This document shows positions 15,115-27,368 of a DNA stretch of 64,000 nt, in pieces (the first letter of the stretch is position 1; every line of letters begins with the position of its first letter). Location of the stretch: contig CM097882.1 of the NCBI GenBank assembly GCA_044892505.1, positions 283,030,001 to 283,094,000 of the forward strand, written 5' to 3'. Position numbers and translations under genes: made by a program. This DNA comes from Schmidtea nova. Its lineage: Eukaryota. Below the pieces are notes generated by a model that searched no databases, was not told the origin of the DNA, and was given only the letters and a program-made list of their open reading frames with translations.

Positions 15115-15699
15115 CTATTCAAACTCCAGGCTAATCTCCTGGATTAACTCTGCTTCGGTTAAGGAATTCAGGTGGTGGATTTGTTCGTCCAGGCGCTTTG
15201 CAAATTCTCGGCGACGACGGCGCTGTCGCGATCCCATTCGATGTTTTCGAAGCTGTTGGTTTATGACCGGTGCTGACGCTATTATTCTCGGGGGATCACT
15301 GAGAAAAATGGGCAAATCTTCCGTTGTAAGAGTGGGTGCCATGATGATATCATCTTCTGTCCCGCAAGCGACATCTTGGTGAGTGCATGGTATCCAGCGC
15401 TGAGCCGTGATCGGCCGGATTAGCGCTCGCAATTCGGAGTCGATGTAACTTCTTGTTACTGCGTTCAGGCAATTTCGGAGTTCTCGCTGGACGGCATCCA
15501 GTTCCAATTTGGTTGTAGCCAATGCTTCCTGCACTCGCTCGAGTTTTTTCGACTGGTCCTTCATCTGTTCGGGCGAGAACCACTTCGCTTTCAATTCATC
15601 ATTGGCGACCGTGAGTCGCTTGATCTGTCGCTGCTGGTCCCTCAGCTTTCTCTCTTGAATTTGTCCCATGATTTTCTTCGAATTTTCTGAAGCCGGCAT
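15115..15699 (-). CDS. Unknown 194-aa coiled-coil protein with Arg-rich motif, inside the candidate LTR
   Basis: ATG-started ORF, GC-richer than its flanks, heptad-like N-half, RQRRRRR motif, and AATAAA on the minus strand at about 15068-15073. Confidence 0.55.
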   Translation of the reverse strand: MPASENSKKIMGQIQERKLRDQQRQIKRLTVANDELKAKWFSPEQMKDQSKKLERVQEALATTKLELDAVQRELRNCLNAVTRSYIDSELRALIRPITAQRWIPCTHQDVACGTEDDIIMAPTLTTEDLPIFLSDPPRIIASAPVINQQLRKHRMGSRQRRRRREFAKRLDEQIHHLNSLTEAELIQEISLEFE

Positions 15700-16015
15700 G
15701 TTGTCTGAAGATTATAACGATAAATCCACTGGAGGGCCTATCAATAATGTTATTTTATTTAAACAACTATTATTATTATTACACGAGATGTATATTAATG
15801 TTTTTAATTGTTGAGTTCTCTACAAAATTATTTAACTATCTAATCATTGAAGACTCAAAAGGTTTATTGAACTAATTTTATATTAATAAATGAATTTCCT
15901 AATGACTATAACAACTACAATACTAAATCTACATGACAACACTATTAACAAAACGAACATTTCAGAATTCTTTAAAACATTTATTTAATTTAAAAACAGG
16001 CGGCCATTGGTTCAG

Positions 16016-16492
16016 CTATTCATCCTCGGTCATTTTTCCTCGATACGAAAATACCGAGCGGATCTGCAAATTTGTATGGATTCCTGTGCTATTGGACGAG
16101 GCCTGCTGGAAACGGATTCTCTCAGCTTCTCGGAGGGGTCGGATGGCTGTATTGAACTTGAACCCCAATTCCTTGAAGGTAGAGGCTGGAATGAACCCCC
16201 AATAAATGACACATCTCGGGAATCCACCTTTGTCCAACATCATGATGAACCAGGCGGCGTGCCATGATTCGTATTCCTCGTCTGGAATGATTGGCCAACT
16301 AGCGCATCCCCGGTACCATACGTGATGCCGTGGATGGTCCCATACTGTAAATGGACAGGCGGTTTCGAGCTCTCGGCGCCATGCCCACATCTTTTGGTGA
16401 ATTTGCTGTAAAATCTCGAAAGGAGCCGGCTTTAATGGGCTAACTCGGGCTCGTTCTTGTCGTTTTTTGATAGTGTATCTATGCTTAGCCAT
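16016..16492 (-). CDS. Unknown 158-aa Trp/His-rich protein, inside the candidate LTR
   Basis: ATG-started ORF, GC-richer than its flanks, same strand as the element; no family recognised. Confidence 0.5.
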   Translation of the reverse strand: MAKHRYTIKKRQERARVSPLKPAPFEILQQIHQKMWAWRRELETACPFTVWDHPRHHVWYRGCASWPIIPDEEYESWHAAWFIMMLDKGGFPRCVIYWGFIPASTFKELGFKFNTAIRPLREAERIRFQQASSNSTGIHTNLQIRSVFSYRGKMTEDE

Positions 16493-18105
16493 GATTCCAA
16501 AATGATGCTGAATTTTATAATAGTTACAATTTACATCAATAATTAATCATAGTAAATGTTATCTCTCATCGTGATTCCCTTATTATTTGCCTTCCCCTTA
16601 GACCTTAGCTGAAATCAAGAAAAAACTGTTGTTTGTTACAGTATACATTACTCTCGTATCTACTTAGATTTATCTGTTTACGATCAAGTTGATAGACGAA
16701 AAATTGATGATTTGTCTGCTTGGATTTTCAAAATATTGGTACCTCAAAACGGAAACTCTCTCCCGTCATGTATCCCTAGTTTATTCGAAAAAACGCTCTT
16801 TTGTACCAAACGCGGTCGACATAATTTTCCTAAGGTTTATTAGACGTTTATTAAACAGCGGCGCTGTGGTGAGGGTGAAAAATTGTGCCTCCTCCCGGTT
16901 AACAACTTCTTTCATATCTTTAAGCTTTATCAAAAAATTCTCGTCCCCTCTGTAACTAAAATGATCAGAAAATAATTTCCCGGATTTGTTGGGTGTCCCA
17001 TGTGCAAGTCTCAACCACTACTAATAAAATTGTGCTTTACTATTTATTACTTTACCGTGTGTGGAGCCCTCGAGCACCACGCCACGGACGGACACCTTGG
17101 GAACCTAAAGCTCCCAACGGCGCAAAATTAATATGATCATTATATATTTTAATGTTGAGTCTAATCACAATAACGTTTAATTCATATAACAAATTTCAAC
17201 ACATGAATGCATAAACACATAAATAATTAGATCAATAGATAAATGACAAAGCAAATGACACAATCATGAATAAAATAATACAGAAACCAAAATACCTAAT
17301 TCGTCTGGGTTTGCTTCGATCGGTTCGTCTAGAATTCAAAGTCTATTTGATTAGTGAGCTAAATTTTACACTCTCAACTGACGTTGTAAGATTAGGTATT
17401 AAGTCTGTTTTATCCAAAGTCTGATCAGTATTTATACTGATCAGTCTGATCTAGACTGACCAATCGGATTTGGCCGATTTCATGGTGGGTTTTAATTATT
17501 GTTTTTGATTCTAATTAATTTTTATTTTTTAGATTGTATTCTTCCTTGGAGGTCCGGGTTTCAAAAACAATTATTCAATAACAAGTACTTTTATTTGGTT
17601 TTAATTATTATTATTTGTATTTTATTTGTTTTTAGATGTCTCCTGGGCCCGTTAATATCTATAAATTCATTTATTTTTATTTATAGCTTGTACTTAGTTA
17701 TTCTATATTTTTACTATATTATTCCTTTCTTTTAATAAATAAATATTCCCCTTTTTACCTTATTTTTCTCTTTTTTGTTTTAATTAATCTACTTTTATTT
17801 CATTTTTTTCTCTATTTGGCTGGCCCAACACAAATATCTTGATAAAATGTTAAATAACCTCAATATTAAATTACATTCATTGATTAAAACAAAAAAAAAC
17901 AGATTGATAAATAATAGGATTACAGACATATGGAGATAAGTTATAAGAAAATTAATATAATTAATACGGTATACATGTCAACCTGATATAGATCATTACA
18001 TTTTTAAACTCAAGGATGCCGGAAAACGGGATGACACTAAATATAGTAATTGTTATTTTGAACTGTTAAAAGTAGAAACTTTGATTAAAAACAAATATAA
18101 TTTAC

Positions 18106-18449
18106 GGTAAGTGCCGGTTTTGATACTATTTTGAATTTTTAATACTATTTTGAATTTTTAATAANNNNNNNNNNNNNNNNNNNNNNNNNNNNNNNNNNNN
18201 NNNNNNNNNNNNNNNNNNNNNNNNNNNNNNNNNNNNNNNNNNNNNNNNNNNNNNNNNNNNNNNNNNNNNNNNNNNNNNNNNNNNNNNNNNNNNNNNNNNN
18301 NNNNNNNNNNNNNNNNNNNNNNNNNNNNNNNNNNNNNNNNNNNNNNNNNNNNNNNNNNNNNNNNNNNNNNNNNNNNNNNNNNNNNNNNNNNNNNNNAAAA
18401 TTCAAAATAGTATTAAAAATTCAAAATAGTATCAAAACCGGCACTTACC
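18106..18449. mobile_element. Small TIR element (MITE-like) spanning an N gap
   Basis: ggtaagtgccggttttgatactattttgaatttttaatactattttgaatttt at 18106 is the reverse complement of the sequence from 18397 to 18449; the interior is N. Confidence 0.6.
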
Positions 18450-18518
18450 TAATTTACAAATAACAATTCTTGTCACTTAAAATGAAGAGCAGCAAAAATT
18501 GAATACATAAACTGAGTC

Positions 18519-18846
18519 AATTCTCAGTCTAATGACTCTAAAATCATTGCTATTTATAAGAATTTCAGTTGTTATTAGCTATTGAAACCTTTAAAATAGA
18601 GCATACAGTAAATCGAGCTCAGAATCGCATCATGCATTACACATTACATTTAAAAAATACACACAAATACAAAAACAATTAAATTCTCAGTTTAATGACT
18701 CTAAAATCATTGCTATTTATAAGAATTTCAGTTGTTATTAGCTATTGAAACCTTTAAAATAGAGCATACAGTAAATCGAGCTCAGAATCGCATCCTGCAT
18801 TACACATTACATATAAAAAATACACACAAATACAAAAACAATTAAA
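18519..18846. repeat. Direct tandem duplication, 2 x about 163 bp
   Basis: aattctcag..aatgactctaaaatcattgc...tacaaaaacaattaa starts at 18519 and again at 18682, nearly identical. Confidence 0.9.
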
Positions 18847-19788
18847 GTGGTGGATGTAATATTATTTCATTTTGGCAATTTTGATATTTGTTTTGATGAA
18901 ATTTGTTGAACCAGTGTTGCCTTATTTGTCATCAAGTTGAGATTCTGTGAACCTTAACAATATTAGTAAAAAAAGAATAAATAGCAATATTTTATTTGAC
19001 TCAATATTTCAAACATTTACTCGTGCGGAAATATATTTATTCAATAACATTTTTACACAATCACCGACAAGTCTCAATAATGGATTAAATTTTTAATCAG
19101 TTTAAATTAAGCATGTGGAAAATAGAAAGTAAATTAAATCAAGGAAAGTCAGATGCAAATAAATGAAAAGTTGTTCTAGTGTTAATTGAACCAAGAAAAT
19201 GTGAAAATTGGAAAAGTTAAAACAAGTTTGTTAGCTATGCTATCGTAGGCATAAGGCAAAAATAACAACAGAAATCATAAAATTGAAGAATTATTTAAAA
19301 TCTAATTAAAATTTTTTTGTAAGTCCTCAGGATTGTATAATAACCTCAAGATCATTAATGGAATATTGGAAATTAAAATTTGAAGCTAAAATAATATTAG
19401 CTAGCAGATAATTACAAAATTATTCCTAGCACAATAGTTTAATAGAAAGACAGTTTAGGAGTCTGAGATCAGAGTAGGATTCGAAAAAGACAATAAAGAT
19501 TGGTGAAGGGATTTTTGCATTAAAATTAGTAGAGAATGGAATCAGAGCAAAAATGATTTTAACTAGAAAACAAAGACAATAGCAAAGTCTAGTTCAAGTT
19601 TATTTTAATCATAAAGAATAACTTACAGGAACGTTTACAATTACAAAAGTTACAATGGAAGTTTTGAATTGCAAAATCTTTCAGAAAAACTATTAAAAAT
19701 ATTGAACGGTTTTAAACTTTCAGACGATATGGAAAAAAACATGCAAAAATACTTGAAATTTTGCAAAAATCTTTTGGTTTTATATTTT

Positions 19789-20571
19789 TTAAACATCTTC
19801 ATCGGAATCTGAAAAATCCATAAAATCGCGAACTTTTGGTTGATGTTTTTTCTTTCTAATTTTAATTTGAAATGGTTTGATTTTGCATTTAAGATTTAAT
19901 TTGAAATTTTCAATAATATTTCCAGAAGTATTTTCATTTAGAGTTTTGTCTATATCAATTTTATAATATGGATTAGAAATTTCTTTTTCGTTAACTGATT
20001 TGTTTTTGTTAACTGAATTTAAAGGTCGTTTCAAAACTTTAAATATATTGTTATTGGCAATTGTAGCAGCGTTAGTTTTAATATCATTGGATTTCATTTT
20101 GACTAAGATATTATTAGAATTTTCCATTTCAATAGTTGGTTTGTTTGTGCTACAAACTAGATTTATAGGAGCACATTTAAATTTATTTTTAGAAATTATG
20201 TTTGCTTGTTTAGCTTCAAGTTTATTTCTTGTAATTGATAATGTTGAATCAGCTTCCAGCTTTGGACTTACTATTGCTTTCATTTCCATTGTATCACAAT
20301 CTAACACTGCAATTGGTTTAATTATTGTTTCTACTTCAATTTTTTTTCGTTCTAATTTCAATTTAATTTTTTTAGCTTTGACTTTTGTTCCTTTCATAGA
20401 ATTTTCAGTTTCTTTTTTAATTTTTTCAATAATATTGTCTTTTGTATTTCTCCAATAACTGATAACAGCTGATGATCGCTGACAAAAATTTGCTACATCT
20501 TTTAGACTCATTCCATTTTCTAACATTTGAATAATTTTTAATTTTTCTAAATTAGGCATTTTATTTTTCAT
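19789..20571 (-). CDS. 260-aa ORF with an N-terminal psq/CENP-B-type helix-turn-helix and a Lys/Asn-rich tail
   Basis: KLKIIQMLENGMSLKDVANFCQRSSAVISYWRNTKDNI resembles the pogo/Tigger N-terminal HTH; no DDE domain follows. Confidence 0.5.
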   Translation of the reverse strand: MKNKMPNLEKLKIIQMLENGMSLKDVANFCQRSSAVISYWRNTKDNIIEKIKKETENSMKGTKVKAKKIKLKLERKKIEVETIIKPIAVLDCDTMEMKAIVSPKLEADSTLSITRNKLEAKQANIISKNKFKCAPINLVCSTNKPTIEMENSNNILVKMKSNDIKTNAATIANNNIFKVLKRPLNSVNKNKSVNEKEISNPYYKIDIDKTLNENTSGNIIENFKLNLKCKIKPFQIKIRKKKHQPKVRDFMDFSDSDEDV

Positions 20572-23004
20572 TTTAAAACACTTAAATAAATATATTCGCA
20601 GAATTAAATAGCTACTTTAGAATTTTAAAATGTTTTTAATTAAATTCTATTGGATAAATAAAATGGGAAATATTTATTATATTTTCAAAATTTAAATTTT
20701 GATAAAAATGAATTTTAAAATTTCATAATTAAAGCTCAAAACAATAATATATTTATAATATGTGAACATTTTAATTTATAAAGTTGTTAGGGTTGATTTA
20801 AACAGACCCAAAATTAAAAAATACACAGAAAACCGGGTAAGTGAAAAATGTCGAGCAATATAGGAAGTCCGAGTAGTAAATAAAATGACTAATGCCATTT
20901 AAAGGAAGCCATCCGCCAGGGCAGTCCTGAAAAATAGCTACGGAACTACGGAAATAATTTTCAAAGAACGATTATTATGTTTAGACAATGCCAGTATGAA
21001 AACCAAAGCTGTTGAAAGACAAGGGACAAGCAATTTAATAAAGAAAACCTGCTAATAGAGTCTGAGCGTACGCATCAACTATAGGTTGGCAAAATCAGAA
21101 TATAAACAAATTAGCGTCTAAAGTTTTAACCATATTGATGTCCAAAGTTGAGTTCCTCTTGGATAATCTGCCTTACGTCAATCAATTGTGTTGCCGACAG
21201 AAGAGAGCAAATCTAGTAACAATTGTGATTTATTGTTTTGAAGATAAAAATAAATTGTTCTGTGTTGGGTTTTTTTCAATTGATTTATAAAGAAAGAACA
21301 CGAGACAGAAAATAACTGACTTGTTAAATAATAACCCAACACAAGTAATTAAAGTTTTTAGGGTAAATTGAAAACTCGGGAGGTAATAAAACCCAAATTG
21401 GAAATTATAGAATTAAAATGCAGAGAAACTCCGAAAGATAAAAAATGAAAATTTTACTTTGCTGTCAAATTGAATTAGAACTCACTAAAATTAGTCTCTA
21501 TATAAACAAAAGCAAATACTCAAAATTTGCCAATTGGTCGAAGATAAATATATTGTTGTGGGTAATTCACTAACGAAGGGATAAGTGTAGTAAAACGTAT
21601 AACGATAACGTCAGCCTAATCAGATCAATTATTGTGTACCCTAATGTATCCAATGACAAAAACATGTGGTCAGCTCTGTTTAACGTGGTTAATAAAAATG
21701 TTTAATAAATAAATATTTGTTTTGAAATTTTTTCATTTTTAATTAAATTGTTTTTGAAAGATTTTACGTTGCGGTAATCTAGTTTGTGTGTGCGTCAAAT
21801 TCAGAATTAATAACTGTTGTCGCCGAATTATTAAAGAAATTAAAAACAAGTTGAACAACAAAATTATATGTCAAGAAATATAAAAGAAACAATAAAATAT
21901 AAGTTTTTCAAAATAGATTTATTATTTTAGATATTCAAAATTTTTATTATTTAATAATAATATTTGCATTTAATTTTATAACTATATTTGAATTTGTCTC
22001 ACCATTTGGTATCCTCTTATACCAGTTTCCCCCGTTAAATGTTTATTTTTAATTTTTGTAAATTAATAATTAATTTGTGTACTTTAATTATCATTATTAT
22101 AATTTGTGTTTTTTCATTGATTTCCACATAAATTTGTGCTTTTTATTTTTATTGCATGCTGTGTTGAGGCAACCCCAATATATTTTTCATAATTTAAATT
22201 AACCAATCAGAATTAGTTTACTATTTTAATAGATTTTTATTTATTTATATTTATCTGTGCACATACACATAATTGTTTTTTATGCATAATTTTTAATATT
22301 TTTTCTTTATAATTTACGGATTATATCTGAAATATTTTAATGCCTCAATTCATGATGAAAACTATCATGAATCGATGGAAAGTTATTATTCCCACATCCA
22401 TAACCACACCATGTACCAATTAAAATAATAATATTATTATTAATAAAAATATAAACCTTTTGTGAGCAGCTATTAAATTTGACAAAGTCTGGCTTTATGT
22501 TGTCTAATGTTCTCCTACAAAAAATTAAAATTAAGATTCTAGTCTCTAACGAGCCTTATAAGCAAGAATATCGCTCCCGTCAAAAAGAAGCATTTTAGTC
22601 TCTTTTGAGCCTTGGAAATGAAAAGTGAAATAAGTCTTTATCGAGACTNNNNNNNNNNNNNNNNNNNNNNNNNNNNNNNNNNNNNNNNNNNNNNNNNNNN
22701 NNNNNNNNNNNNNNNNNNNNNNNNNNNNNNNNNNNNNNNNNNNNNNNNNNNNNNNNNNNNNNNNNNNNNNNNNNNNNNNNNNNNNNNNNNNNNNNNNNNN
22801 NACTAGTATTGCTACTTATATAGAGTTTTATACCTTACATAAGGACCACTTGAATCAATTTTTATCATCTAAAAAATTATTTTTAAATAATAAAAATAAT
22901 TATATTATTAATAATATAAAAATTATCTTTTTTCAGCTTTGATCTTTTTTTACTATTAATATCAATAATTCCCATAATTATTTTACCATAATTACTCCCA
23001 TAAT

Positions 23005-23150
23005 TACTTTACTTAATAATAATATTATTATTAATAATTAATATCAATAATTTCCATAATGGATGACTATAGATCAAAATTTCTATAGTCATCCATTATG
23101 GGAATTATTGATATTAATTATTAATAATAATAATATTATTAAGTAAAGTA
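23005..23150. repeat. Near-perfect fold-back palindrome (69-bp arms, 8-nt loop)
   Basis: ...ccataatggatgactataga-tcaaaatt-tctatagtcatccattatgg...; the arms extend to tactttactt / aagtaaagta with about 2 mismatches. Confidence 0.92.
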
Positions 23151-23290
23151 AAACGCCATTTAAACAACAATCGAACAATATATTTCAAGAGACTCCCTGC
23201 CAGTATCAGGTATCCATAAAACTAAGCTAAATTAATGCTAAACAAACAATTATAAAAAATAGTTAGATAAGGATATTAACTTTTTTATTT

Positions 23291-23417
23291 TTTAGAAATT
23301 TTTTCAAACATTTCTTATAAAGTACAAATTTTAATTTATCAAGAAACAAACCACAAATTAACTTTTAAAAATGATTAATTATTTAAAAATTATAAAATAT
23401 TTTTAAATAAAAAAAAA

Positions 23418-23459
<42 letters not shown>

Positions 23460-23943
23460 CAAAAACATTTTATTTATTAAATTTTAACCCAAAACTAATT
23501 CAATTTAATAAATTCAATTTAAATTTTTATTTAATTTTATCATTCAATTTAATAGAACAAACCAAACAAACTATTTAAAAACATTCAAAACAACGTGTTC
23601 ATAGGATTCTGCATATTAATTTTACGATTCAACGATCTTATCAAGAAACGATCTTATCTTAGAAATTTTTTCAAACATTTCTTATAAAGTACAAATTTTA
23701 ATTTATCAAGAAATAAACCACAAATTAACTTTTTAAAATGATTAATTATTTAAAAATTACAAAATATTTTTAAATAAAAAAAATATTTATATATATTTAC
23801 AAAAACATTTTATTTATTAAATTTTAACCCAAAACTAATTCAATTTAATAAATTCAATTTAAATTTTTATTTAATTTTATCATTCAATTTAATACAACAA
23901 ACCAAACAAACTATTTAAAAACATTCAAAACAACGTGTTCACA
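23291..23943. repeat. Direct duplication of about 300 bp, differing mainly in a (TA)n tract
   Basis: ttagaaattttttcaaacatttcttataaagtac...aaaacaacgtgttca at 23291-23601 and 23659-23941. Confidence 0.9.
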
Positions 23944-24963
23944 GCATTCTGCATATTAATTTCAACGATCTTATCAACAACGCTTCACATATAATGATAA
24001 TTAAGATTCTTTGATAAGATTTTAAAATCAGACATACCAATCTATCTGTTCCATATTTTATTAGGATCATTAATATTGGACACTCCCTTCTGTCTACCAT
24101 GTTAAAGAACTCAAGTACAGAGATGACGGTCAGTTTCTCCAATGTATGTGGCATTACACCCATTACATGTAAATTGATAAACGAGATCTGAACACAATCC
24201 AACCGGAGTTTGTGACTTATTAACAAACATACTACTCACTTTTCACGAATTGGAGACAATCCTGAAGTTTAAACCACTCAATTGCTTTCCTATCTTCCTT
24301 TCATATGCTCAAAACCCCTCCGAATACAGCAATGCCATCGTGAATTTAGAATATTCTTGTTTGATAGATCCTATACTGCTATTCGCTACATCATCCAAAA
24401 TGTTATTATTAATAATGTTGGGTTATTAGCGAATAGTCGGTTGGTATCTGACTCTTGTATTCTTTCTTTGACAATAATGAATGAACACAATAAACACAAT
24501 AAATTAACACAATAAACAAACATAATAATCTTTTTGTTCAAACTGATCAAACAGAATTTCGATTACACAAAGTTATACAAATGTTCTTTTGCACTCTTTT
24601 TGCGTTAGGGTAGGCAATTCAATGGAAAATCTCTCTTTCTGGTACACAGGAAGAATTTATAAATCGTCACTCTAACCTTCAGTTCTCGTTCAAGCTCCGT
24701 TTTCGTCGTAACTTATTATCACCTCAAATTATAAATTTTTGCTTCGACCAAACTGGCGATTACGGCAAGTCTGTCAGTTTTATAGTGACTTGTAGCTTGG
24801 TCCTGTCACATCTTAATTAAGCTGTCAGCCAACTAATTTAATTTGGAGTTGCCCTTAAATGGATTTGTGGCTTCAATTAATCAATTAATTTCTTTAATTA
24901 TATGAATTTGTTGATGCCCCAGGACATTGTCATTTTCTTGAAGGATTGTCATTTTTTTACAAA

Positions 24964-26108
24964 ATGGCTACTCTGAGAGAGCTTACAGACTTTCAAAAAG
25001 GCATTATTTACTTATGTTACCTTTGTGAAAAAAGTCAGAGTGAAACTACTGCATTGACTGGCCATCCCAAAGGAACTATTAACTACTTCCGGAGGAAGTA
25101 CCGCCAGGAGCAGACACATGGCAACAAGCAACGTTCATCCTGCCCTAAACTTCTGAGCATCCATACACAACGGTAGCTGAAACGACTTGTGGTGGCTCAT
25201 CATCGGTTTCCCATATTCAAGTTAGTGTCCGCCTTTCGTCGCGCATTACATTTTCATGGTTACTATGGCAGATACTGCGCAAGGAAGCCTTTGATTACAG
25301 AAACAATTCGTCGTCGTCGCTTGAAGTGTTACCGGGAGAGAAGGAGTTGGACAGCAGATCAATGGCGTTCAGTCATTTGGAGTGATGTATCACCTTTCAC
25401 TATTTTCAAATCAGAAGGACAGCAATTCTGCTGGCGTCGTGTAGGAGAATGGTCACACCATGACTGCATTTAGCCAACTGTGAAATATGGAGGAGGCTCT
25501 ATCATATTTTGGAGTCTTTTCTCCGCTCGTAAACCTGGCCTTCTAGTGAAATTCAGCAATCACATGACCTCAGTGGAATATGAGTTTGTTTCCTTTCTCC
25601 CAGAAATTGAGAGGTTCATTTTCCAACAGGATAAGGCACAAATCCATACTTCGCACATTATGAAGGAATTCTTTCTGCAGCACAGCATCAACGTTTTGGA
25701 TTGTGTTCCACAAAGCCATTATCTGAATCCTATTGAGTTTCTGTGGGACGTCCTTGTTAGACGAGTTTACAAACATATTTCCATAGCACGTAACGCCGTT
25801 GAACTGGAAACACATCTGCATGAGGAATGGTCACACATATCCTCTGATTTCCTGGCAAAAGTGGTCGATGCAATGTCTTAACGAGTGTAACTTGTTATCT
25901 AGATGAAAGGTAATATAAGGAAGTACTAACTCTCAGCACTACAGACATTCAGTATTCGTATGTGTTTGTGACATTTGTTTCCATTGCTGTTCATTATAAA
26001 TTGTTCATTATAAACTGTTCATTATAAACTGTTCATTATAAACTGTTCATTATAAACAGCAATATGTAAATAACTGCCTAACTAAAGACTTTTGGTAGGC
26101 CGGGGTAT
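24964..26108 (+). mobile_element. Decayed Tc1-family DNA transposon (transposase with in-frame stops; one candidate TIR)
   Basis: Three track ORFs share one frame: HTH, RKPLI, VIWSD(V), VKYGGGSIIFW, FQQDKAQIH, PQSHYLNPIEFLWD. A TIR-like end ...cttttggtaggccggggta-TA lies at about 26085-26108; no left TIR found. Confidence 0.88.
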
Positions 26109-26149
26109 TACAAATTTTTATATAATAGTCCTTGCGGAAAGACTGTTGA

Positions 26150-26880
26150 AAACTTTAAGAAAAGCCTTAATCTAAGATTGTGTAAATCAGTATAAAAACT
26201 GATTACATATACATTCAAACCTATCTTTCGCAAAATATATAAGATTGATGACTACTTGATCCCTGTGCTTCTAAATAATGACTCTGTATGTTTATATAGA
26301 CGCAAATATATCGGTCAAACCGTACTTGATCTATCTAAACTTAGAATGTATCAACTCCAGTATGAATAATTACAACAATATCGTAATGAATTCAACTGTG
26401 AGATTAATATAGTTGCTGGCAATACAAACTCTTTTTTCTTGGAGGTTAAAAATTGTAAGTTGGATATTTTTTGTCGGCTATGGTTGGATAAAGGTTTTTA
26501 GACACTTCAAACTATGATCCGGATCATCCCTTGTACTCTAGGAACCTAGATTCCGTCATTGGCAAGTTCAAAGATGAGGAAAAAGGACTCAAATATAAGG
26601 AGTGGGTGTTTCTTAGATCAAAGTGTTACAGTGTTTTAGATGAAAAAGAAAGTATTAAGGTTAAGGGTATAACATTGAAGAATACAGACCCCAAACATCA
26701 GTTGAACTTGGATTGTTGTAATAATAATTCGATAGTTTTGGTCGACCAGTGGAGAATCTTTAGTAAAAATCATCAAAATTTTACTAATAAAATTTCTAAA
26801 ATAACTTTGACGAACCTTGACGATAAAATTCTTTGGATAAGTAAAATCAGAGTCTGACTTATGGTCATTATAGGGGTATA
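26150..26880 (+). pseudogene. C-terminal fragment of a Polinton/Maverick-type protein-primed family B DNA polymerase
   Basis: YIGQTVLDLSKLRMY, DTSNYDPDHPLYS..VIGKFKDE, FLRSKCYS, KVKGI, LTNLDDK, with stops and frameshifts. Confidence 0.8.
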
Positions 26881-27297
26881 GATGAGGTTATGACTGTGAG
26901 TGAAGATGATTAATTTGTCGATGAATTAATTTTAAAATATTTTGTGTTTTTTGATGTTTCTTATAATTTTTATGAATTTTATAAAGTTTTTTATTGTTTA
27001 CCATTCAATTGTAATTATTTTGTTATAATAATCTTTGAATTCTGATCATTTTAAAAGTTTTGGAAATTGTAAGAGCTGATCCTTGTCCGCGGACATTTAA
27101 AATTCTTCATGTTTTTCTTAATTTGTTGAAAAGAATTCGAATAAATTATTAAATTTGAAAATATTTGAAAGTTTTTGAAAATATTTGAAAGTTTTTGAAA
27201 AATAAAATAAAATAAAATAAAAATACAGTATTATGTCATCATATACGTAGCAAATGTATATATATATATATGAAATATTACATAATATATACAGGGT

Positions 27298-27368
27298 CTC
27301 CCACCCCAATCTAACATCGTCTCACCCCAATCTGACATCGTCTCACCCAAATCTGACATCGTCTCATC
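27298..27368. repeat. 21-bp minisatellite (about 3 units)
   Basis: caccccaatct(a/g)acatcgtct repeated. Confidence 0.85.

Larger units (their letters stand above)
1..17830 (-). mobile_element. Giant Ty3/Gypsy LTR retroelement (element 1) with in-frame env; 3' end lies outside the window
   Basis: Manual minus-strand translation gives Gag CCHC knuckles, protease IDTGA, RT YIDD, RNase H TDASG/TDHQPL and integrase HHCC/DDE/GPY in Gypsy order (PR-RT-RH-IN). PBS at 14563-14580. The right boundary (17830) is tentative. Confidence 0.92.
14587..17830 (-). repeat. Candidate 5' LTR of element 1 (about 3.2 kb)
   Basis: On the minus strand it starts TGTTGGG (17830) and ends CCCAGCA (14587), 6 nt before the PBS. 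These termini resemble the TGTTGGG..CCCAACA ends of the element 2 LTRs. The partner LTR is outside the window, so this is unconfirmed. Confidence 0.5.

Noticed and set aside
20000-20458. 152-aa hydrophobic plus-strand ORF resembling a membrane protein
   Set aside because: Antisense of the Lys/Asn-rich ORF 19789-20571.
24240-24830. Possible solo LTR upstream of the Tc1 remnant
   Set aside because: No TG..CA pair with TSD and no second copy in the window.
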